Assembly (NCBI RefSeq): GCF_009914755.1
Contig: NC_060926.1
Length of the DNA: 64,000 nucleotides
Reading direction: 5' to 3' (one strand)
From: the human T2T-CHM13v2.0 reference genome, Homo sapiens
The translations under genes and the position numbers were made by a program. How positions within the stretch are numbered: the stretch's first letter is position 1; each line of letters opens with the position of its first letter. This document shows positions 35,654 to 46,294 of this stretch, one piece after another. The notes below the pieces were generated by a model, which had not been told where the DNA came from, did not search any database, and saw only the letters and a program-made list of their open reading frames with translations.

Positions 35654-38600
35654 TATGATTAACTGAAAAAAAAATTCAAAGTGATTCTTAGTGATTACAA
35701 CTTCTTTAAAGAATTTTAATTTAATTGGAATGGTCATAATTTCAGAGTATACATTTATCTTTTCATGGATCAATATCATTTGTCTTGGCCTCAATGTTGT
35801 ATATATGTCCATATCAAACTTGTGCTTCCTCTAAATTCTTTTTACACTCATAAAATTTATTTTAGACTAACACAAATTAAAATAACCTTGGCAGAAATAT
35901 GTAATGCAGAGTATGGTTCATTCTGACTCTTGAAGGGGGAATATGAGAATGGTGAGAAAAATACTCACCATGGAATTAGCAATAATTTTAAACATTCTCC
36001 TCTTAGAAACATCTGGCTGAGGCCCAGACACTTTAGGCCTCCTTTTAAAATGGGAATTGATTCCTGGAAGGAAACCAACATTGTCCACAATAAAATCTAT
36101 TGCTTTGTGAATGAATTGAATTAGTGTCCTCAATTGAATACAAGGAGAGAAGATAAACCTGTGACTATGAATATGCTCCACAATCTCATAGAATTTTGTC
36201 CATTTCAACCAAATGGTTTAATAACCTTCCTAATTAAACAAATTGTCAGCTGCAGGAACATGCTGAAGCTTGCCTAAAACTATTCCTTTGGATACAGTTT
36301 TGGGCCAAATTAATTTTCATGATAGTTCTTCCACTTGTGTGGCATTGATTGCAATTCATGGAAATGTGTGTATCATCTTTCAGCTCTGTTCTCAATGTTG
36401 TGTCTGAAAATGACTTTCCGTAGCTCTTCAGTATTCCACCAGGATTCTGGACAAAGAACGGTTAATCTGTGCCCGTTTGCAGACAGTCACCTGGGTTACT
36501 TTTCTCCGTTTCCTCTCTACTAACAGTAGCCTGGACAGTGAGTTCTGCAGTAATGAGATTTTCCTAGACAACCTGACTTGCTGGTGAGTCCCAAGGATGG
36601 GGGTAGGGGCATTATAATATTTTGGGTCTTCAATGTAGGTCGCCTTGATGGATTTCAAAAAGTGATCTCATGAAGGCAAAACATTATTAAGAATTATCTG
36701 TTCTTTGTTTTGAATATCCCAGGGTCTCTTCTTTAAAAAGATGACATCTAGATTTAGAAATGAGGGCAGCATGTCATTTCCTTGAAAAAGAATAAGGATC
36801 TGTACAGAGGTGAGTAAATTATCATGGTGGTAGGGGTGCACTAAAGGGAATATAATAGTGTTAGCAGAGAAAGCAAACATGTAGGCAGGGTGATGAATGT
36901 GTGGTTTATACAGTGAATCACATTTGGCTTTTGACACCGACCAGAATTCATTCTTCAAATAGACCAAGTTTTATCCATCAGTTATCTCTTTCTTTTTTTT
37001 TTCATAGGCCTTCCCCACCTCTCCTGGGCAACCCTGCTTCCTCAAACTTACACAGGGGAGCTTTAGGATAAGTTGAGATCAAATAACAGAAAACACAGAA
37101 TGAAAACTAGAAATAATTAAACAGCTCCCTTTATTTTTTTTTAGAAAAATATTTTACTTACAATTTTACAGCTTCTCTTTTAATTATTTCTAATAGTATT
37201 CAAGGGAACACTATATTCTCTTGAAAATAAAACAAAATACAACTTACAGTTGTTCTATAATACTTTTATCCACACTTCGTTCTTTCTGTGTTTATTTCAT
37301 GCTATGCAGCACTGGCTTCTCATACATAGGACCTTCAAAGTTTCACCTTCAGAACCACTTGCCCAAGACAAATTAGCACAGCAGGAAATGATAGTTGCTC
37401 TGAGTGACTCAAGAGGAAAAATATACATTATTTCTCTCTAATCTGCTGAAGCACATTTGACTTGATTCCCATGTCGATTTTCATTTTGACAAGACAGATA
37501 GCAAATGAAGCACAAAGGTATAGATTTGTGCATTTATTCCCATTTTCAAGGCACAAGTGGAGAAATCTTTCCTGGTTGATGACTTAAAGCATCCTGTCAG
37601 TCTGTTCTTAAGTATGAAAGTGTTCGGAAATCAGGATGCTGTAATATGCCATTGCAATATCCCGTTAACTCACTGGGCTGAGCAGTACTTTGAGGTGTCA
37701 AGGGCGAAGAACTCTAATTCAACTGCCAATGATTTGTTACATTTACCAATGAGACAAGGCACAATAATGCTGGAGGGTTAATTTTTAAAACTACCTTCGA
37801 GCTCAGGAAGAGTTGAACCCTTAGAGTAGGAGGCATAGATTTGTCATCATTCCTTGCCACTTCCTTTATTCGTTGGAACCAGGCATGCACTGGCAGACAT
37901 GCTTCCTTGAGAGCTGAGCCTGGAGTCTGTGACTGGGAAAGGTTTTTGCCTTTATGAAGTCACATATATTGTCCTGACGTCTTATATGATATGATTATTT
38001 GGTTTTCAGGGAAACTTCAACCATCAAAAGGAAGGCATTGATTTATTTTCAGTATTATCATTATTATTATTTTTAGAAATTCTCCCCTTCTTCAGGCTAA
38101 GAAAAAATAAAACTGTTTTTGAAAAGATTTTAGACGTCCATGCATGGATGAATACATTTTTGAAATAAAAAAACAGAAAGGAAAAACATCAGATTTTGCA
38201 TTTGGGAAGAAACATCCGTTGTTATTTTCTGAATTCAAAATCTACATTCCTTGGGTGATGGATACTGCGTAATACTGGATTTCATTCTCCACAATGTCTA
38301 AAACCACCATCTGGGGGTGAATTTTAATAGCAGTGTCATGTGCCATAGTTTTGAGATCACATGCCTTTGCTTTTTTATTTATTAACCACAGACTATAGTT
38401 ATCAGTCTTAATGGTCATCTTGCTGTATACATGTGGTGAAAATTAAACTGGAGGGAAGGAGGATAACTGACTATGTGAAAATTGATCACAACTCCAAAAA
38501 TCACCTCAAAATTATCAACTCAAATTGAAATTAATTTAACAAATTTCATTTACACTTTCATTATATATGAGACTTTAGCAAAAGCTTATGGAAAGATCAA

Positions 38601-38662
38601 ACAATAAGACACAATGCCTGCTATTACAAAGTTGACAAAGTTGTAAGGGGCAAAAACAAGTA

Positions 38663-38663
<1 letters not shown>

Positions 38664-38726
<63 letters not shown>
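38664..38726. repeat. (CT)n(CA)n compound microsatellite
   Basis: Seen directly. Confidence 0.97.
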
Positions 38727-38729
<3 letters not shown>

Positions 38730-38884
38730 GCATGCAGACGCAAATATAAATAACAAGGTCAATTCTATTAAACAGGTATATACAGTATTTTGAGGCTATG
38801 AAAGAAGAGAAAATTATATGACTGAGAAACTATAAATAGAACATTAATTATGAGCAGATATAAATTATTCATGTGAATTTTCAA

Positions 38885-39130
38885 AACTTTAAAAAATTTT
38901 AGAACACATTTAGATTTACACAAATGTTTCAAAGACAGTACAGAGACACCCTTTATATCCAGATTCCCCCAATGTGAATATCGTTTATAACAATGGAGCA
39001 TTGGTCAAAACTAAGAAATTAACAGGATATGCTAATATTAACTAAACCACAGACTTTATTTTCATTGACAGGTTTTTAAATAATGTTATTTTGTGTTCCA
39101 GGATTTAATACAAAACACATCATTGCATTA
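38885..39130 (-). mobile_element. L1MC-type 3' end fragment
   Basis: tttagatttacacaaatgtttcaaagacagtacagaga...caaaactaagaaattaaca...aaaccacagactttatt. Confidence 0.75.
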
Positions 39131-39184
39131 AGGATATAAATTATTTTAATTCATTATTGCATCCTTAATAGTGATCCTTGATAG

Positions 39185-39430
39185 AGGTGGTGAGGTAAGA
39201 TAACATTGGGTTGTAGGATCAGAAACAACTAATTTCAAATTCTTCTTTTGCCAATTATCTCACCATTGTAACAGCAGTCATGTAACTGAACCTTTCTAGG
39301 CCCCAGGTTGGCTCAGTTTTGAAAAAAGAACAATAACAGTAGCAACTTCTGCATTGTTGTACTAGGTGAGGACATGTATTTAAAGTGTTTAGCTGGTGTC
39401 TGACCCTAACATTTAGTGATTGTTAGCAAA
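39185..39430 (+). mobile_element. MIR SINE
   Basis: ttcaaattcttcttttgcca...actgaacctttctaggccccag...atgtatttaaagtgtttagc. Confidence 0.6.
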
Positions 39431-39739
39431 CATTATGCTTGATTATATTGATCCACTTAAAAAATGAAATTGTGAAAGTAAAATGCTGCCAGAGATTTTA
39501 AAACCTGTATATGATGCAAGAATAGCAGTGCATTTTTACATTTCAAATTAACATTACGCGTATTAAAGCTGGAATAATAGTAAAGAGAAATTTTAGAGGA
39601 ACTCTTGTCTTGATTTGGATAGTAAGAAGTGAATAAGAGTTGGATAGACAGGAGAGAAGGATAAGATATTTTAAGCGCACATGTAAAAGAGCGCACCGCA
39701 AATCTGAAGAAGGGGCAGGAGATAAGTTTAGCAATAAAA

Positions 39740-39860
39740 GTAGATTTATGAATATGATTAGTTAGGGGAAAGCTGGAGAGGAAATTGGGACCAGTTTTGA
39801 TGGGCCTTGAATGTCAGGGTAAGAGGATTTGACTTGATTCTGTAGGCAACATGATTTCAT
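39740..39860 (-). mobile_element. L2 fragment
   Basis: gggccttgaatgtcagggtaagaggatttgacttgattctgtaggcaa. Confidence 0.6.
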
Positions 39861-40387
39861 AAGGTGGGCAGAAATTGTTTGCCATGGGATGGGTCTTTTT
39901 CAGAGCACATTAACTCTCATTAATAGCCTATAAGGGAGATACATAAAGTACTGAAAATATTTTTAGATGATATAGCAAGACTCCTGGACACATAGACAGG
40001 TACTGAATTAACACTTAAGTACTTATTCTCTGGAACATTTAAAAGTAATTTTTAGCTCTTATGCAATAATCACATGAAGCATTTCTGGATCAATTTTCAT
40101 TTGGAAACCACCCACTTGGTTAATTGCAGATAAAATGTCAAAAATCTTTAACAGCTTATTGAAAATGATATTTTGGCCTATATCTGTGAGTTAATATGGG
40201 TTAATATGAGAAATGTTTGTCAAGATCTCTATTGGTATTGTCTCAGCCATGACTTTTGTATTTGTCATTTTAGGTGCAACTGGGTGATAACGCACATATT
40301 TCAAGATATAATATGTGTGTGTGAATATGCTTGACTATTAGAACCATAGTATAAAATAGTGAGAGGAAATTATAAAGAGAATTTCTT

Positions 40388-40620
40388 TGGACTTGGTGTC
40401 AAGAGATTCATGTCCTGGCTCTATAACTTATATCATCCATGTGACGTCAACACATCTCAGGTTCTTTGAACTTTATTTTTTTTAAAGCTGTCAACTAGAA
40501 TTGATAATATATAATAACAGCTTCTCAAACTTAACATAAGTGTCGAGTTAAATTTTAAAATGGGAGTATTTTGTAAAATGCAAATATTATTACAAATATC
40601 AGTCACTATTTTATGATGTT
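40388..40620 (+). mobile_element. MIR SINE (degenerate) carrying a TGACGTCA palindrome
   Basis: tggacttggtgtcaagaga...gtcctggctct...gtgacgtcaac; tail tattttgtaaaatgcaaa. Confidence 0.5.
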
Positions 40621-41524
40621 ATTTCAAAATGCTAGATTTCTCATGTTTGGGGTCCAAACAGTGGAAAAATTTATATCTGTGAATTTCCTTTTATCTTAAT
40701 AGTTTTAACTTTTACATCAGTTTTTCATTTATATTACAAAAGAGCCAATGGAACAATATGAATTTACCCTGAATGCTTTTTTTCTCTCTGTCCATTTCCA
40801 ACTAAAAGTGCCATGCAGGTGTGAAATAACAAAGAAGCCAAACACTGGTGAAAGAAGTGAAATTAAAAGATTGATTCATCCAAAAAAGGTAATAGTTAGA
40901 CTTCTTCCCATCGAGCTGACTGCAATATCTTCCCTTTACCTTCGGGTTCAAAACATAGCCCTCTTTGATGTCTCATAAACATTTCCTAATAATGTTCTCA
41001 AATGAGATAAAGGATTATAAATGAAGTAATGAGCCTCACCCATGAGGAGAATTGAAGAGCTCTTAAAGAAAATCTGCTTCTGAAGATACGGATTCTAGAA
41101 TCAGGGAGTTGTCCCCAATTCCCAGAAGTTCAAACCCAGTGATTAGCATAGAAACCCAGAACGGATAAATGATTTGTAGAATGTCTCGGTTTTTGGTGAA
41201 ATTTCTTCAGATGAATAAATGATTAAAATGGCTCAATGAAAATCACACACAAAAGGGTGAAATATAATGACCATCTGATCTGTTAAAAGGAAAAAGCTTT
41301 TAAACTAATCGATCTTTTCCACAACAATTTATGTCATAGCCTTTTAAGATGATCCCATCTTAAATGGGGAAGTGACAAAGAAATATACATCTAATATACT
41401 TGTTCAATGGATAGATTTTCAGTACCCTAAGAAAATGCATTTGAGAGCTTTCATTTTTAAAGGGGACTACACATTAGATGCTTGTGGATGATCTTATGAT
41501 CTTATGTTTAGTTTTACCCTTGTT

Positions 41525-41770
41525 ATTGCTAAGGGTTAGAAGGTAGGAAATTGAGACCAAGACTTTTTTCTTTGGGCTTGATGGGCAATTGTGTAGCAAT
41601 CATTTAACCTCCCTGTGCTTCATTGATAGCATCTCTCAAAGGACTACACTAATGTATGTCACGCTAATGCTTGCCATCCATCTACTTCTTGGGCACATTA
41701 CAAGGGTTAACTAATAAGGCTGATAAGCACTTTACAAATTCAAAGTACAAAGTAGAAGTGCTAAGTAAGC
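41525..41770 (+). mobile_element. Very old CORE-SINE (MIR-family) with amniote-type tail
   Basis: Core gcaatcatttaacctccctgtgcttca; tail aagcactttacaaatt...aagtgctaagta. Confidence 0.4.
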
Positions 41771-42423
41771 TAAATAAAAAGAAGAGACTCACCTGATGGT
41801 CAACCAATTTGAATTTTCAATGATTTATGGATTTAATGAATACTTTCTTCTACCTTTTGAAATAAATTAAAGCCATTTTAGTACATTTTAAAAACTCATT
41901 TCAGAAATACAGGAATGAACATAGTGTGCATCATTTCTAATATGAACAAAGATTTTGTATTACTCAGGTGTTTTCAAAATATACTACTGTTGTGTATCAC
42001 TTTTTGAAGAAGTCATAAGTTTTTTTTTGTTTCTGCCCTTTTGCTGTGGTGGAATATGTCATAATGACAAAATAATAAAATACTCTAACTGGTGAGAAAA
42101 CCAGAATGGCAAAGTACAAGTTTCCATTGACTTCTAGGGGGAAATATCTCAACCACGGGAAAGAAAGATAAACTCTAAGGGAGAAAGGGATTTATTCCAT
42201 CTTGGTTTAATATTCAGTCCTAGTCATACCTACTTCAGCTGTCACGAAGAAGACTAATTAGTGCCAGTGGTGATGGGAGGTTTTGTGATGCCAACTTTTG
42301 TCCTTTAAGAACTTGATTAAACTTAAAATCATTTCCTATACTCTGCAAAACAGAATGTTTTGACGATGTCTCAGCCACGTCACAGATGCAACCATTTCTA
42401 TCAAACTTTGACATTACAGTTAC

Positions 42424-43128
42424 TGTTACAGTAGGTAGCTAGCCATGCATGAGTGGGGCAGGAGAGTGCTCCCCTCACCCACCAGGAATGTCAGCTCACC
42501 ACCAGGTGATGGTCAGGCAGTTGTCACACTGCCTCTCTAAAAAATAATTGGTCTTAAGACAGTGCCAGGGAAAGGTAGTTTCCCAATAGATAAAAATACC
42601 TGTGATTGATAATCAGCACCTTTTAGGAATTGAGCGAGTGAGCTCAAGCATGCACATTAAGAGGCAAAAATGGCAGAGTATGACCTTCCAGGGGCATTCC
42701 ACTAGGAAAGGGAAGAATGCCTCAGGTGAGCATGCGTATGACTTCAGTAAATACACTGCACTTGTTCACATCCCAAGTGCTAGCAGGCCACCACGCATGT
42801 GGGCAGGTCACCCTGAGGGGAGAATCAAGGAAAACGGATGCAGGACCCCAGAAGTATGCCAACATATAAAACCCCAAGTCAAAGGTCAAATGCTGCACTT
42901 GACCTCCAAGATACCTGCTTGGGCCTCTTCCAAGTTTATTTCCTTTTTTTCTGTCCTGCTCTAAAGCTTTTTAATAAACTTCCATTCCTGCTCTAAAGCT
43001 TGCCTGGGTCTCTTCTTCTGTCTTATGACCCTCAGTTGAATTCTTGATCCTGAGGAAGCAATAATTGAGGTTGCTGCAGACCCATGCAGAATCACAGACA
43101 GTAACCTGGATAACTTCCACTGGTAACA
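42424..43128 (+). mobile_element. MER50 (ERV1) solo LTR
   Basis: tgttacagtaggtagctag...ccaggaatgtcag...tataaaaccccaagtcaaaggtcaaa...aataaa...tggtaaca; TSD gttac/gttat. Confidence 0.92.
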
Positions 43129-43207
43129 GTTATAGCTAAAGGTGGACAGCAAAGTGCAGAGTAGGGTTATTATCTGGAATAACAGAGACCAATGACACTT
43201 TGCCATG

Positions 43208-43603
43208 TGTATTAGTCAGCTCAGGCTGCCATAATAAAGTACCACAGATTGGGTGACTCAAACAATAGACATTTCTTTTCTCACTGTTTTGGAGGGCAGA
43301 AGTCCATGATCAAGGTGCTGGTGAATTTGGTTTCTGGTGAGGGCTGTCTTCCTGCCTTGTAGAGGGCCACCTTCTTGATGTGTCCTCATATGGCCTTTCC
43401 TCTGTGCTTGCTCAGAGAGCCAGCAAGCTGCAATGTCACTTCCTTTTTATAAGGACACAAGTTATATATCCTGTTAGGGGCCCATTCTTACCACCTCATT
43501 TAACCTTAATTACCTCCATAAAGTCCCTCTCTCCAAATACAGTCACATTAGTGGTGGAGGCTTCAACATACAAATTTTTGAGGGGCACAATTCGTTCATA
43601 ACA
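43208..43603 (-). mobile_element. MLT1A solo LTR
   Basis: tgtattagtcagctcaggctgccataataaagtaccacaga...tctccaaatacagtcacatt...cataaca. Confidence 0.92.
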
Positions 43604-43725
43604 CTATAATACATTAGATCATTGAGACCCAAACAGTCTTTATTTGACTGTTCTAGACACTTGCAGAACCACAGTATTCCTATCTACTTTAAGTGTTTGA
43701 GACTAAGCATAAAACTGTATTCTTC

Positions 43726-43864
43726 CTCTCTGAAGGCTCTCAAGGAGAATCTTTCCCTGTTTCTGGTGGCAGCTGCAGGTGTTCCTTGGCTCATGTCCAC
43801 ATCACTGCCATCTGCCTCAGTCTTCACCATAACCTTCCACTCTGTGTCTCCTCCTTTTCTTTAG
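43726..43864 (-). mobile_element. MLT1C/D LTR internal fragment, inverted relative of 45852-45987
   Basis: ctctctgaaggctctcaaggagaatctttccctgtttctggtggc...tcttcaccataaccttc. Confidence 0.8.
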
Positions 43865-43998
43865 GGACAATAGTTTGCATACACAACAATCTCTGTTCTA
43901 TTTGAATAACAATGACCCTGTTTCCATTTTTTTTTCCATTTTCTATAGGGACAGTAGTTTCCATATATAACAATCTCTGTTCTACTTGAATAATGATG
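43855..43998. repeat. Direct duplication of a 60-bp unit (43855-43914, 43939-43998)
   Basis: 52/60 identities by eye, 24-bp spacer. Confidence 0.9.
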
Positions 43999-44626
43999 TA
44001 GTTAAGAACAATATATTTTCATCAGTCTCCAATCTAAAAGTAGTTGTTGAGAAACAGTTAAAAAATGTCCCTTATAGCTCTAAGGACTGGTCTTAGAGCT
44101 AGTTGGAAAAATCGAGTGATATGACTTTATGGCTATACCTTTTCTCCCTCTAGTAAACAACATACATTACCTGATTTGCTTGAAATTCAGCCAGAGAAAA
44201 ATTCATCTCAGTACCTAACTCTCCGACTAAAGCAAGACTTTTTAAATGTAAAAAGTAATTCCCTAGACACCTGAGTGTTGAGTTAAATTTCCAGACGTCA
44301 GCATCATCATTTCAACCCAAAAGGTGGAGCATACAGAATCTCCATCCCAAACTTGAAGCCAGTAAGTGTGGATGGATTAGTTTTGGAGATTAATTGTATA
44401 ATTTACTTAAATACTTAAGAGTTTACAGCCCTGCATTGGTTTTGGTGTTATAGTTGCATTTTAAAAGTTGTATTAGCACTCAATATTACCCCTTTCATTA
44501 TTCTAATAAAGAGAAAGAAACAGAGTTTGCCTAAAGAGTAGAAAGGCCAATTCAGCCCAATATTGGAAAAAGGCCAGACAGTCACTTGGGTGGACAAAAT
44601 AGTGGCACAATCCTACAACACACAGC

Positions 44627-45238
44627 TGTAAACCAAAAACAAAATTCTAAGGCCTGCAACCATCTGAATGAACTTCCTCCTCAGCCACAGCACTCTTAAA
44701 ATTTAACCTGAAAGACTGGTTCAGGCCATGACTGGAAGCAGAGGTGACACATGCCCCATTATACCTCCCTGGCATTAACATCAACAGATCTTAAGTCTGA
44801 TAAGAAATATTTACAATCTATTCTCTCTAAAGCCTGCTACTTGAAGGCTTCCTTCTCCACACAATAAGAACTTTGGACTCCACAATCCTTTATCTTAATC
44901 CAGACATTTCATTTCTATCGATCCCAGGTCCTTAGATAAACTCAACCAATTGTCAATCAGAAAATTTTTAAATCTACCTATAACCTGAAAGCACCACACA
45001 GAGCACCCTCCACTTCAAGCTGTCCCATTCTTCTAAACCAATCCAATATATTTCTTAAATGCATTTGATTGAAGTCTCACATCTCCCTAAAATGTATAAA
45101 ACCAAGCTGCAGCCTGACCACCTTGGTCGCTTGTTCTCAGAACTTCCTGAGGGCTGTGTCATGGGCCTTGGTCACTCATATTTGGCTCAGAATAAATCTC
45201 TTCAAATATTTTACAGAGTTTGATGCTTTTTGTCAACA
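44627..45238 (+). mobile_element. MER4B-like (ERV1) solo LTR
   Basis: tgtaaaccaaaaacaaaattctaaggcc...tataaaaccaagctg...cagaataaatctcttcaaatattttacagagtttga...caaca. Confidence 0.92.
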
Positions 45239-45766
45239 CGTCTCAGAGTACATTCAGTAGCCAGCAATCACATTTGTCTCACCAGTGGTCATTTAGTTTC
45301 AGAACATAATAATCTGTCAGATTCAATTAAAGCCAAAATTTGAATGATATCTATTTAGATGTTTTGTAATCATTTAATTTCTAAATACATTCTTCTTACA
45401 TAGTTAAATTAAATACTTAAATATAGAGAGTTTATTCTAGTTTTTGTGTGTACATTTAGTAGGCTCTAGTTGTTTAAGGTTTACAAAATAAGTGAACGTG
45501 TTCAATATCACCAGATTTTGGCCTATTTTGACTTTTTCATTATTCACGAGGAGTTATTCAGTCATAGAATGATTGGGAGGTTCACTGCTCTCTTCCCAAA
45601 GGAGAGGAATTACGAAAATTTAGTTTACAATTAAGATCTGTGTTTCTTTAAAGGTGTAGTTTTTAGTTTCTTATCATTCGGACTCCAAATGTAATGCTCC
45701 ACTGAGACTTTCAACAAGGGCTATGATAAGGGAAGAACACAAAGAGGAGCTCTTGCTAATTTCATT

Positions 45767-46110
45767 ATCTTTGTACATATAATTAAGTTAAGGATCTTGT
45801 GATGAGATAATCCTGGATAGAGGTGGTCTCTAAATCCAATGGCAAATATTTCTATAGAAAAGGAAGAGACAGAGTAGAAGGTTATGGTGAAGACTGGAGC
45901 AGAGACTAGAGTGACGCAGCCATGAGACAAAGAACGCCTGGAGCCACCAGAAGCAGGGAAAGATTCTGTTTGAGAGCCTTCAGAGAGTATGGCCCCGCTG
46001 ACACTAATTTTGAATTTCTGATGGCCAGAACTATGAATGGATAAATTTCTGTGGTTTTAAGCCTCCATGTTTGTGGCAACTTATTGCAGCATCCTTAGAA
46101 AACCAATGAA
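45767..46110 (+). mobile_element. MLT1C/D solo LTR, 5' truncated
   Basis: aattaagttaaggatcttgtgatgagataatcctgga...ataaatttctgtggttttaagcc...tttgtggcaactt. Confidence 0.88.
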
Positions 46111-46282
46111 GTCAGTAAGCTACATCAGTGATTTGCTAGTGGAAACCCCATGCAGGGACCATGGGTGATAGAGACAAAAGGATAACTGGGAGCCTCATCC
46201 ATGCACCCACCAGTCTTGTAGAATCAGAGTCCTCATTGATCGGCTAACTGCACAGGTATCAAATGCACAGAAATTTGGACTT

Positions 46283-46294
46283 CCAGTAGGTGGC
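46283..46294 (+). promoter_or_regulatory. Consensus CTCF core motif
   Basis: CCAGTAGGTGGC matches CCASYAGRKGGC at 12/12; binding not shown. Confidence 0.5.
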
